A stretch of DNA of 57,485 nucleotides from Octopus bimaculoides (taxonomy: Eukaryota), in assembly GCF_001194135.2 (NCBI RefSeq), contig NC_068985.1, positions 91,708,712-91,766,196 of the forward strand, in the 5' to 3' direction. This document shows, piece after piece, positions 37,073 through 48,974 of this stretch. Under the pieces are notes generated by a model. It searched no databases. It was not told where the DNA came from and saw only the letters and a program-made list of their open reading frames with translations. Position 1 is the stretch's first letter; each line of letters begins with the position of its first letter. The position numbers were made by a program, and so were the translations under genes.

Positions 37073-38117
37073 TAGATATTCTAAGTTCCTTGAATATAAA
37101 CCTTGAAATATTAAATTATAGAAAAAAAGATGTGGAGATATTGACGCTGATAACAGATTTGCATCGAAATAGAAGTAAAATGTTTTTATTCAACTCTCCT
37201 TCCAGCCGACACACACTCAGAGGCGCTCAACAGCCTTCAGCACGTTTAATGTATAAAGAAAACAAAAAGAAAAGGAAAGAATGAGGGAGGGGAAAAACTG
37301 ATAAAGAAGAACGAGGCTTCTTGGAGAGTCTTGAAAATCAATAAAATATATAGTATATAAATTTTCCAGTTGATGTGGCTGCTCAATGCTATTGAGGATT
37401 ACGATGGCACTAAAATATCTCGTAAAAGAAGCAGTTTGAGGACAATATACAGTCGAAATTGAGCTTGATTGCCAACAAATGAAATCGGAAGCACATGTAG
37501 TAGCTAAAATGACTATAAAAATAGCAAACATAATATCGATGAAATGGAATTCACCAAAATGCGTGAAAAAATATGTTCTTTTATAGCCAGTACTTTCGTA
37601 AGTTCACTGTTCCGCATATAGATAAGAAAGCATCATCGTCAACAACAAAAACATGAAAGAAAACAATTCCCAACGCCATTTTGAATAGCCAAAAAACGAA
37701 AAAAAAAGAAATTAAATGATTCTATTTAGTATCAATTAAAAAAAAAACAGATGAGAAAAAGTTTTGTATATCACAGCAGTATTCGTTGTAGCTAGAGTTG
37801 CAATTAATGTTGTGGTGCCGGTGGAGTGTACTGAGTTAGTTGTAGTAGTTGTTGCTGTAGTTATACTAATGAAGCTTGTTTCTGCCTTAATTAGTATCAT
37901 TCTTATGAAAAAATATAAGAAATATAAACGAAATCGTTACAGTGAAAGAGATACTAGAAATCATTGTTAATATAATTCCGTCATTCCCGAGGCACCTATA
38001 AATTTGCTTGAATTTTTCTATGTTGTAAACTCACATTTTTTTGATATTTCTATCTGCAGAGGTTATTGTCGCTATTGTTTTTATCCGTATTATTAGTAGC
38101 GTTAGTATTATTATTAA

Positions 38118-38335
38118 CGCGGTGAGCTGGAAGAATGGTTCACGTGTCGGATAAAAGATCTAGCGACGTTTCTTTACATGCCGAGTTCAAATTCCATCGA
38201 GGTCGATTTATTTTATTCTTATTTTAATCTTTGAAAGGTAGATACAATAAGGAAAATGTCAAGTACTGATGCCGATGTCTTCGATAAAACCCTCCCCTTT
38301 AATTACTGGCCCTGAGCCGAAATTTGAAAGCATTA
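38118..38335 (+). mobile_element. SINE family D (diverged)
   Basis: GCGGTGAGCTGGAAGAATGG...GAGTTCAAATTCCATCGAGGTCGA. Confidence 0.7.
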
Positions 38336-38531
38336 CTATTTTCATTATTATTATTATTCCAATACGCACAATAGATTAGACTGTCGGAAAAAAAATATTG
38401 CTAACATCGGGCTACAACAAGTAACCTAAGACGCCAAGAACCTTCCTAAGTATTCTACCTGTCCCTAATTACATTGTTTTATGGAGCTGTACTAAACTGG
38501 GTTTATGCCTATTTCCTCTATCAATCATTAA

Positions 38532-38830
38532 TATTATTTCCTCCGCCTTAGCTAAGGTGGAGGTATTGTTTGTCCGTTGAACGAGATATCTCAAGTACCG
38601 CTGGATGGATTTGGATTACTTTCAGGGATGTTTGGCTTCGTAACTGGCACGATTTGACTAGATTTTGGATTGATCCAGTACAGGACAAGGATTTTGGATT
38701 ATTTTTCCTGTTTTATTTTTTTAATTATTTTTTAGAGCGGTCGGGTTCGTTTTATTATTCTCGTTTGTGAGAGTAGTCGAGTTTATTTCAGATATTCACA
38801 TTTTAAAAATCATCTCCAGATTATCTTTGG
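38532..38830 (+). mobile_element. Helentron-associated non-autonomous element (DINE/HINE-like)
   Basis: TATTTCCTCCGCCTTAGCTAAGGTGGAGGTATTGTTT: a 5' palindrome (38540-38563) followed by GATATCTCAA...GGATGGATTTGGA, resembling the ATTACCTCCGCC..GGAGGTTATG start of such elements. Confidence 0.55.
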
Positions 38831-40002
38831 CCCATCTGTCATGTCACCATTATTTATATTGTTTTCTTCCAAACCATGTATATGTCTCTCATCGAGTAAG
38901 CTATCTCTGTTCCTTTCCTGTGGTTTATTAGAGATTTCACCTCAGTTTTCTGCTGAGATTACTTTTATCAGAGGGAACTGTATTTCCATCGTTTCCTCTG
39001 CTGCTGTTTTCCAATACCCGTCTTTTGATGGCTTCGAGCTCTACTTCTGTGAAACAACGATTTTTTTTCTTGATCACATAATCTCTGTTCCGTGAGTTGA
39101 AACAACCCTCGTGAAAAGCACGAAAAAGCTATCAAACAAAAGAAGTCAATATTACAAGAAATAAAATTAATAAACAAAGGTATATATCACAAAGTGAAAC
39201 ACTAAAACAAGACTGAAACACACCACAATAATCAGCATATTTGGAGACAGTACTCAGCAGTCATGCCCATGATACGTCAAATGTAATATGAATAGCGGCT
39301 TAGTGATACGCTATCGTTTGCAAATGTTCCATCAAACGAGAGAAGCTTAATCTGGAACATTTTCCTGGAGAAACTAAAGCATGGGAGCGTTTATACCAGA
39401 AGACAGTCAATAGACTGCTACAATCCATCAGGATTGCAATTGGAGGAGAATAAGTTAACTGCATTTTGCTAAGGCCACTCGAGGTTTGCTCTTTTCATCC
39501 AAAGATATAGAACCAGCATACATTTGGCAAATATTTTAAGTGAAACTTTTATTGTAGCGGTGGGGAGAATATGTTATCATGTGTCATCTTTAAGCGTGAG
39601 GTTTAAGCCCAAATTGTACTTGAAACAATTTCAGCAGTATTTTAGACAGAAAAACACAAGAGCTGTCATGGGTGATAATGTGGACCACTAGTCAGTAGTG
39701 CCTTTATTGATACAATGTGCGCCAGTGTCTAGTGTAGAAGTAAATTTTGGTATATGATCAGATAGTGTTACTTTTGAAAACTCTCATCAAACGGTATGAC
39801 TACAAAACAATTACTGATCTGTGACCGATAACGAAAGTACGTAGAGATATGGAATCCACAGAACATAGAATCCACAAGAGTAGCTGTTATACATGTGGCA
39901 GTAAAATTTGCTTAAGCATTTTCTACACAGAAAGCTTTAAAAGGCTAATCCATGCAAAAATAAGAACAAATTCGTAAGGTTATTGGTCCAAATTATCGTG
40001 GC

Positions 40003-40365
40003 TTACGACGACGAGGGCTCCAGTTGATCCGATCAACGGAACAGCCTGCTCGTGAAATTAGCATGCAAGTGGCTGAGTACTCCACGGACACGTGTACTCT
40101 TAACGTAGTTCTCGGGGATATTCAGCGTGACACAGAGCCTGATAAAGCTGGCCCTTTGAAATGTAGATACAAGAGAAACAAGAAGAAAGAGTGAGAGAAA
40201 GTTGTGATGAAAGAGTACAGCAGGGTCCGCCACCCTCACACCTGCCGAAGCCTCGTGGAGATTTAGGTGTTTTCGTTGAATAAACACACACAACACCCGG
40301 TCTGGGAATCGAAACCGCGATCCTACGACCACGATCTCGCTGCCCTAACCACTGGGGCATTGTGC
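40003..40365 (-). mobile_element. SINE with family B tail and alternative tRNA-like head (B2)
   Basis: Head CCCCAGTGGTTAGGGCAGCG...GGTTTCGATTCCCAGACCGG differs from 30350; the tail is of the family B type. Confidence 0.85.
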
Positions 40366-40799
40366 CGCTTCGGTCCAAGTTAAGAACAGACGTATCTAAG
40401 AATTCGGAAAACAATTTCTCCGTTTTTATTGCCAGGAGCATATAAGTAAACTGAAATTCTAGCCTTGAAGTTGATGAGGGAAAATCACAAAAATAAATAT
40501 AACATACAGAAAGAGTCAAGAATTAACTAAAGTAGCCATAAAATGTAAAAAAAAAAAAAAAAAAAAGCGTAAAGCATCTGTGAAATGGAGATGCATCCTG
40601 AAAGAACTCATCTCTTTAAAGGTGTAAAATAAGTCTGCTGTACATTGAAATAAAATTCAGTCATTCGCTGGACAAACATCGCAGAGGATTCGGTAGAGAA
40701 AAATGGTGAACAGCCAAGAAAGATGAGCGTATTGTGATTTTTCCCATTTGTGTATTTGAAACCAGTTTAACTTTATCATATACTGACAACATGAAATTC

Positions 40800-42000
40800 A
40801 TTCGCCATCGCATGTTATTTATTTATTGTAGCCTAACATTAGCTTAGCTTGTTATGATTTTCTCACAATTTTCTCCTCACAATTTTCTGCTATTTCAGCT
40901 TCTTTAATTTGTTCTTCTCTTTCCTTGTTTTGTGTTTTGTTGGTCCTTAAAAAACATTATTTTTCCTTAAAATACTCAGTATTTTACTTTGTTGTACAGC
41001 TATTTAAGTCTCCGCTATTTTTACGAGATATTTTGTGAGTCTATTTCAGGAAGATATTGTTACAATGGCTCCTGTTGCATAAAAAACCCTACATCCATGT
41101 CTTCGCAACCAATAAAATTGTTCACTCTCTCATTTTAAGGAGTGTTTTCTAAAGGCAGTTATTTTTCTTCCTTTTTTATTTGCTTGTTCAGTATCATGAA
41201 TGCCGACTCAATATTTCTTCACAAACGTTTTCTTTCCTATTTACTTCTATTGCACATTAATTCTTAAGTATTTCTAAGTGGGTGATTTTTTTTTTTATCT
41301 CTTCCCCATATATTTATCTCATTATCTAGAATTATTTTAGTACTTATAATTAATTTTCTTCTATTGGCAAATATTTCTAATCGGAATCTCATATCAATTT
41401 CTCTTGCAAATCGCCGTAATATCTCAAGTATTTTCGTTGTTTATCATCTGTAAAATTGACGTAGAAGTCAACTATACAAAAATTGTCATTTATTGTCCTC
41501 CTAACAGTTTAACAAGTTGATTAAATATGATAATGACAGGCAGAAGAACAAAGAAAGAACGAGTGGCCTTTTAAAATTCCCCTGTTTAAAGAGATGGGTT
41601 TACATCTTTATAAATCCCATTTTTTTCTTTATCTGCAGAAATTTTGGCCTGTTATTCCGGTAGCCTTTAATGTTTCCTCTTCTCAATAATTTAATCTCTT
41701 TAATGTTAATAGGATCCATACAAGCGTAGCATTGACAAAAGCATTCTAGTATTCACTCCAAGGCATCTTTGACTATTTATTGTTCTTCTACAGCCATTGA
41801 TATCATTGTTGAATGATAATTAATTATTATAGCCGTGTATAACCTTTGAATTATACGTTTTGCTCTCCGGGGAACAAGGTTTTATTTTTTCAGTTGTTTA
41901 TTTATCCTGCGAGTTATTCATACAGGCAAAGCACGTAAGCTGCAAGGCGACTTATTATTGCCTCTAATTTGCCACGTATCTGTTAGCACCTCTAAATCCA
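40800..42000 (-). pseudogene. Heavily decayed RT region of an R2/R4/NeSL-type LINE
   Basis: LFPGEQ, MPWSEY*NAFVNATLVWIL (cf. AWIDY.KAFDSVPH.WI), RGILKGHS (cf. RGIFQGDS) and RRFAREIDMRFRLE (cf. FS.DI.M.FGL) occur in the expected order. Confidence 0.6.
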
Positions 42001-42119
42001 CTTGAATACCGTAACCTAAATTCCTAAATTCCAGGATGAGATCGCTCTGTGTGTGTGTGTGGGTGGGAGGCGTACTTCTAGCTTTTGTTTAGTGTAGGCG
42101 CTGATATTTTATCTTCGTG

Positions 42120-42460
42120 GCACTCCGTCGGTTACGACGGCGAGGTTTCCAGTTGGCCCCATCAACGAAACAGAACTGCTCGTGAAATGAACATGCAAGT
42201 GGCTGAGCACTCCATGGACACGTGTACCCTTAACGTAGTTTTCAGGGAGATTCAGAATGACACAGAGTGTGACAAGGCTGGCCCTTTGAAATACAGATAT
42301 AACACAACAGAAAGGGGTGAAAGAGTACAGCAGGGTTCGCTACCAAACCCAGCCGGAGACTTGTGGAGATTTAGGTGTTTTCGCTCAGTAAACACTCACA
42401 ACGCCCGGTCTGCGATCTTATGACAGCGAGTACCTCTTCCCTAATCACTGGGCCATTGCG
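42120..42460 (-). mobile_element. SINE B2 (same head as 40003)
   Basis: GCCCAGTGATTAGGG...AGACCGGGCGTTGTGAGTG and family B tail. Confidence 0.85.
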
Positions 42461-42711
42461 TCACCTCTGTTTATCATAGTCAGATCTGTATTTATATTTT
42501 ATACATATTCATTATGAACCTCCCCAGGATATTTCCTTGTTCTCATTTGTATTTTCTACTTGTGAACTAATCTTTCATCAAAATTACTTTTCATTCGTGT
42601 TGAACTGTGCGATTTAAAAATGCATTGAATTCATTGATATCATTGTTCAAATTACGCCGACTGCAACTTTACCTGTCATTCTTTCAGACTCGATGAAACA
42701 AATAGTCTTTT

Positions 42712-42918
42712 CTACTCTAGGCACAAGGTCCGAAATTCGGGGCAAGAAGGCCAGTCGATTAGCTCGACCCCAGTAAGCAGCTGGTATTTAATATATCGAC
42801 CCCAAAAGGATGAAAGGTAAAATCGACCTCAGCGGAATTTGAACTCAGAACGCACAGACAGACGAAATGCCGCTAAGCATTTCTCTCGGCGTGCTAACGT
42901 GTCAGCCAGCTCACCGCC
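42712..42918 (-). mobile_element. SINE family D
   Basis: Well-preserved copy: GGCGGTGAGCTGGC...TTAGCACGCCGAG...GAGTTCAAATTCCGCTGAGGTCGA. Confidence 0.9.
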
Positions 42919-43199
42919 TAACGATGAAATGAATATTAGTTAAGCACCCCGTCTGCCAAAATTGCTAGCTTTGTACAAATATTTGAAAGCAATATATTGG
43001 TGTCGCTTTGTGTAGTGAGGTCTTAATGCGTGGATAAACGTAAACCGCTTGTTTCTAACGTTATTTCATTTCGGATACATATTTTTTAGCTGCTTTGATA
43101 TCTCTGTAGATTCGTCTCTCTAATTCTCTGTATTTTGTGTATGTCTGACAGTTGTTATACTTACGTTAGGAATTTTTAATTTTTACGGCACTTTTTGAT

Positions 43200-43560
43200 A
43201 TATCAATTGTGTTTTGTATTCAATTCCTACGTTTTGATTACATCCATTTCCTGATTTTATCGTTGGTTACTTTTTCGTAAAATCTTTGACAGCTAATTCA
43301 ATGTCACTTGGGACTGATATTTCAATTAGGAAGCACTTTTCTTCAGATAGTTTTTGGTAATATCCTGTCTTTAAGCGTGGATTTCCCTGTTCTTGTGAAC
43401 TGGTCATCCTAAATATAGTTGTTTTGTCATTCACCGCTATCATTCTTAGAGTATGTTTATTCTATTTCTGTTCTGTCTTCATTTAATAATCCAGGCATAA
43501 TTTCCTGGATGTGAAACTCGCTAATTTGCCAGGTTTATAGACGCATTCTATTTTAAGTTT
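43200..43560 (-). pseudogene. REL-endonuclease region of an R2/R4/NeSL-type LINE
   Basis: NDKTTIF...EEKCFLIEISVPSD (cf. ENDKATILWD...KKCFLIDVSIPSD). Confidence 0.55.
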
Positions 43561-44246
43561 AAAAAAAAGCCAGCGGCTGCTGTCAATTGTTCCGCCCAGC
43601 AATTGAAACAAACGGTAAAATATATTCTATTTGGTTGCTTGGGTTTTGCATCTTATGATGTGAAAGGTTTAATTAGGTCCCACCATCAAATATTTAAGTT
43701 ATCTGACTTGTTCGTCTGAAACAGTATAGCGATTATAGCTTACCTCCCTTCACACTTCAATGCTTCGCATTTTGGCCACCTGAGGGCTGCTTGCATGACA
43801 TTCTCTCACTCCATGTTTTGGTTAGTTTTTATTCACTTTCACAATGGCTCTCGCAGCTTTTCATTTCCCTACGAAACTTCTTTTTTATTTGTGTGTTTCT
43901 TTTCTATGAATGCAGAAAATAGTTTGTCGTTTTTTTTTTTCTCATGTCATGAAACCATTTCCATTAGCTTCTCATTGTCCTTTACTAGATATTTCTGTAG
44001 TCTTATAATGTATATCATATACAATAGATATTTTAATGGTCTTCTTGTTAAAAACTATATTACTATATTAGATTTAGGGTTGCATATTCTAAAAGCAATG
44101 ATTATTTTTCGTTTGTTCTTCATAGATTTATTTTCCGTAGTCCTCATATCTACTATAGCTTCCAGCTGAGATTATTATAGTAATGAATAACGGCATAAGT
44201 TAGAATACTGATGGACATCACATCAAAACCCTATCCGCCTCCCATG

Positions 44247-44294
<48 letters not shown>

Positions 44295-44806
44295 CATGCA
44301 CACATTAGCAGTGTTTTAAGGATAATCTAACGTGGTGTGTCTCTAAAATTCCAACTTGGTATTTCCTTTAACGCATGTGTTGTAGGCTGCCTCGTTCATT
44401 AATTCTTCACTATTTATGATACCATAATTAATCTAATTGTCTTATGACTGTTACTTTCTTTAATGTACCATTGATGATCTTAAATGGCTTCCGTCTCTGA
44501 TATGACCTTTGTTGCCGTTGGGCATTTGTTTACTTACCAAAATGTCATATGAATTCACCTAATGAAACAGATGGTGTCTAGGGAACTACTACTTGCTGTT
44601 TTTGTACTGACTTCGACTTCAACTCGACGATGTACCGAAAATGATTCATGCGCTCAGAGCATTTTGTACGTGTACAGTCAGGTTTAAAATTTTGTTTAAA
44701 GACGATGTGGTATCGAAAATAGACAACGAAAGTTTCTTCAGTATATTCTTTATCTAACAGTGATTAGGTTATTTGGTTTCTGACTACACCATTCTCTAAG
44801 AATTAA

Positions 44807-44875
<69 letters not shown>

Positions 44876-44894
44876 TAGATAGGTAGATAGATAG

Positions 44895-44953
<59 letters not shown>

Positions 44954-45044
44954 GGTTGATAAATTGGATATTAATTTGATTAATACCACTCTAAAACCAG
45001 TAGCCTAGTATTAAGAAAATTCAGAAAAATTGTATTACATACAT

Positions 45045-45237
45045 GTGAGGAGTGATGACCACTAAGTGGACATCCTTTATACTAGAAATCGACCATCAAC
45101 GGTCAAACCACAAAAGAAAAGAATGTTCTCCAGGGAAATTCGATTTCTCTGGAGAACATTCTTTTCTTTTGTGGTTTGACCATTGATGGTCGATTTCTAG
45201 CGTAAAGGATGTCCACTTAGTGGTCATCCCTTCTCAC
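45045..45237. repeat. Near-perfect 193-bp palindrome (arms about 95 bp, 3-nt loop)
   Basis: GATGACCACTAAGTGGACATCCTTTA...GAATGTTCTCCAGGGAAAT-TCG-ATTTCTCTGGAGAACATTC...TAAAGGATGTCCACTTAGTGGTCATC. Confidence 0.95.
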
Positions 45238-45251
45238 AAATATATATATAT

Positions 45252-45500
45252 AGGGAGAGAATTCACAAAAACAGAAGACGAAGTCAAGTGTTGTTGACAA
45301 CATACAGATGTATTAATATAATGCTCGGGAAATGAAAAAGTCTTTAACGTTTCGAGCTTACGCTCTTCACAGAAAGGAACACAGTAAGAAACAAGGAGAG
45401 AAACAAAAGGATGTGTAGTGGCTAGAGATCTATCGTGGTGAATATCGGACAGAAGGGTCACACAGGTGACCTAGAAAGAAAGGGAGATAATAAAGTATAG
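45252..45500 (-). mobile_element. Solo Penelope-like pLTR with hammerhead-like motif at 45342-45376
   Basis: CTTT-CTGTGA-A-GAGC(GTAA)GCTC-GAAAC-GTT-AAAG (one core nucleotide deleted); the flanks are homologous to 28206-28400. Confidence 0.8.
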
Positions 45501-45541
45501 TGATCCCAAAACGACGGTGCGTTTTATATAGACATTAGCGC

Positions 45542-45615
45542 CAGATGCCATGCAGTAGGATTGAACCTAGGACTATGTGTTTGGGTAGCAAGATTCTTAC
45601 CACACAGCCAAGCTT
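45542..45615 (-). mobile_element. SINE family A head fragment
   Basis: GGCTGTGTGGTAAGAATCTTGCTACCCAAAC...GGTTCAATCCTACTGCATGGCA. Confidence 0.7.
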
Positions 45616-45831
45616 GCTGCTATCCGAGATTAAATGTTTTCTCCTTTTTCTCTGTCAAACTAGTCAGTTCTTATTTCCGGTTATAACGGCAGTTTATCGT
45701 CATCATCATCAAATACATCAGCATCCTCAACATCATTATCGTCATCATCAGCACAATCCTCATTTTCCTTCTCGTCCTCCTCCTTCTTCCCCATCATCAT
45801 CATCATCATTGTTGTTGTTGTCGTTGTTGTG

Positions 45832-46045
45832 AAGGCAGCGTTCTGGCAGGATCGTTAGCTTACCATACAAAATGATCAGCCACCGCTTTTCGGACTATCC
45901 GTTCTGACTTCAAATTCTGCGGTGTCGACTAGGCTTTTCATTTTACTATGGTCGATAAAAAAATCAACAGCTAAGCACTGGAGTCAGTGTAATCTACAAG
46001 TCCTCTTCCCCGAAATTTGAGGACTGATGCCTATAGTAGAAAGCA
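45832..46045 (+). mobile_element. SINE family D (diverged)
   Basis: TTCTGGCAGGATCGTTAGC...TTCTGACTTCAAATTCTGCGGTGTCGAC...GGTCGATAAAA. Confidence 0.7.
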
Positions 46046-48507
46046 TTTCTATTTTTAATTTTATCACACCGAGTCAGCTGAGAGCGATACGTAAACAGAC
46101 TGTGGGGTGCATGTATTTCGGAGTGGTTAACTCTTCTTCAGCCGCAGAGACCTTAACTGACACGAGAGACAGATCCTTCTTATGATATTTCCGTCATCGT
46201 ACAATGACTGATTGCGCTATTCAGCGGCTTCCGTAAATAAAATATGGTGTTAAAGCGCTAAGCACTGCCTACCTTTCTGATCTGTAGCTGAAGAGATAAC
46301 CACTTTGAAATGCATGCATCTCACACTCTGGTCAGTTGTCGCTGTCAGCTGACTCGCTGAATTTACACCTTTTTGTAACATCATCTTCATAAGAATATAC
46401 AATGGATGGTTCTCTTACGGCTTCGAATGTGCTCCAAGCATATCTTAATCGGTAACAAATTTGTATATATACACATGACGGCTCAGCGCCGTCATTCCAC
46501 ATTTAACATTAGTCATTAAATCTGTGTTGTTCTTTTTCTCGGAGGATATTTTTAATTAAACATATTAACTTCCTAAATACGATCACCCTAACTTATTCGA
46601 TTAGAGTAGCATTAGTCATTGAACAGTGTTTTCTTCATGCTGCATAGATATTATTAATTAACAGTATGAGTTTTTCTAAATCTACTAAGATTAATGGTCC
46701 TGACTCTTTTGCTTCTTGTGAAAAGCGTCTCTGGGTAACTTTCTTCAGTTACAATATTTTAAGGGTCATATTAACTCAGTTATCCATCTTTATTTCCATT
46801 ACCTGCATAATTATTTATTTAGATCTGGAGCCAACCTTTGTGTAGCGTTTATTCCTTTTGAAGCATATACTTTCAATTAAAGTTGTAGTGAAGTGATTGT
46901 GTTCTACAATAATTTATGAAAATTGTAACAATTTATGCAAGCGAGTTCTGTGGATATAATCACTTTACATGTCGATTTAGTAATGCAATGTGTGTTCTAA
47001 ATCACGCTAACATAATTAAAGTTTTAGAGAGAAGACCTTACGTATAAATACAAAATCTCATGATAACTTGTACATAATAAAGGTTGGATATGTGTGACTG
47101 AAACACTGTCAGAACAATAACATTTGGCCTATAATAATCGACTGGATGTTCGATAATCCAAGACGAGACTGAAACATTTTCGACATTGCTTGATTTTCAT
47201 CGTCCCGTGTTTTCAATAAACTAACTTAAGTGCTATAAATCTATTCAGGCAGGGCTGAATGAGATTATTCAACAACTGCAATGACAACAGAAACAAAGAC
47301 TAAAGATTATATACCGAATGAAATATTTAATCGACATTTACCAAACCCTGCCTAAGAAATTTTAAATATTTAGAAGATATCTCCACGCAATCTTCTCATT
47401 TTAAGTAGCATTAGATCAGTTTTGATCAATATGATCTTCAGAGATTAATGTAAAGGTAGAATCCATTCATCATTTTAAGGAGCTTGTCTCACAGCGATAT
47501 ACATTATTCCCTTAATCATATTTTTATACACATGAATCTACAGGTATATATACACTTCACTTCCGATATTTGCTTAATGACTTGTATTGGTTAAATTGTT
47601 CAAATTCCTTCTTTACCTTTCTTACAATCTATTCTCTATATTTAATTTATGAATGGCTGCCGGCCACAACAACCTTAAAACGTTGTAGTATATGTTGTGC
47701 TATCTTCAATTCATCTGGTCGTATACTTCATAAGTACGTAAGCGGCTGAAACAAGATATTACATTTACGTTCCCAGTATGAATATACCAGTAATTCTTAA
47801 TTGAATTCAATATTTTCCAAAGACAAACGATTTTCTTTCGTTTGTGATTGGAAAAAGGAAACGCATTATGAATGTTTAATAAAGGCTGTGCATTACATAA
47901 ATTACCTTTGCTTTTTAATAAAACTACATTATTAAAAAATATGTTTTTCCTGCTGCTCAAAATCAACCGTACGACCGATCTCAGCTATGCCATTACTACT
48001 ATTCTTAAACTGTTACTCCAGAGTTAGCCTCCATGTTCACTAAACGGTATACTTCATTAATATATTTCAAATCAGAATAAGACTGTCAGGTACATGATAT
48101 TTGCATTCGATCCCACTTTATGCGACTCACACTTGTTCCGCGTCCTTTCTATTTTTCTCTCGCAACCCTTACCGATTCTTTTCTTCCTTTCACCGTTCCC
48201 TCACTCACTCCTCCTCAGTGACCCTCTCGTCGCTGACACGTGACGAAGGGGATTCTTGCTTTCTATTTCCTGCCTTCCTATAGAGAAGACGCAATTTTTT
48301 TCACTCTCTAACTAGCGTTCAAAATAATTTTTCTATCGTTTTGGCCTAACAGCCCTTACCGTTTGTACTCACTGTTCTGTCTTGTTTTTACTGTCTTGTT
48401 TTTACTGTCTTGTTCTCACTGTCCTGTTCTTGTTTACATTTTCACCCTCCGCAAACATTTCCAAATTTTAATTAATTTGCTTACGGGAACGACTGCTCCA
48501 ACGAAGT

Positions 48508-48567
48508 CGCGTATTGTCCTTGCCTTCGAAACGCGGAGTAGATGGAGCAGGGACAACTGAAGAAGGG
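48508..48567 (+). ncRNA. Candidate non-circularly permuted hammerhead ribozyme, copy 1
   Basis: CGCGT-A-TTGTCC...CTTC-GAA-ACGCG...GGACAA-CTGAAGA-A-GGG. All conserved core nucleotides are present; helix III is CGCGT/ACGCG, helix I is TTGTCC/GGACAA and helix II is weak. Confidence 0.55.
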
Positions 48568-48910
48568 TAATATTCTTTATGTTGCATGTCTCGTTCTTCT
48601 CTTTGTTTTTGTTTTTTTTTCGTCGTTCGAAAAAAATGTTCGTTTTGTCTTCGTCTTTATGTTTTCATTTCTGATTGTGTTTAACGTTTTTTGTGATGTA
48701 CTCTACCCATATATGCTTGTATGTATACATATAGATGTACTTATATGTATGAATATATGCATATAATTATATATTATTTACGTTATTACATATGTATATG
48801 GGTAGAGGAAGTCACCAACTGTTTAAACGACATGAAGTACGAAAACAAACGAGTTAAATATGTAAACAACGAGAGAAAAAATTGAAAACAGGACAAGTAC
48901 CACAGAGAAC

Positions 48911-48974
48911 AACTATTCATCAGTTGTCGCCTGTCTACCTACGCCTCATTTCGCACATTGAACGACAATATGAG
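48911..48974 (-). ncRNA. Candidate non-circularly permuted hammerhead ribozyme, copy 2
   Basis: CTCAT-A-TTGTCG...GC-GAA-ATGAG...CGACAA-CTGATGA. Helix III is CTCAT/ATGAG, helix I is TTGTCG/CGACAA and helix II is disrupted. Confidence 0.5.

Noticed and set aside
36499-37284. Poly-V/G/S/Y ORFs resembling low-complexity structural proteins
   Set aside because: They are translations of trinucleotide microsatellites open in several frames, with no splice or domain support.
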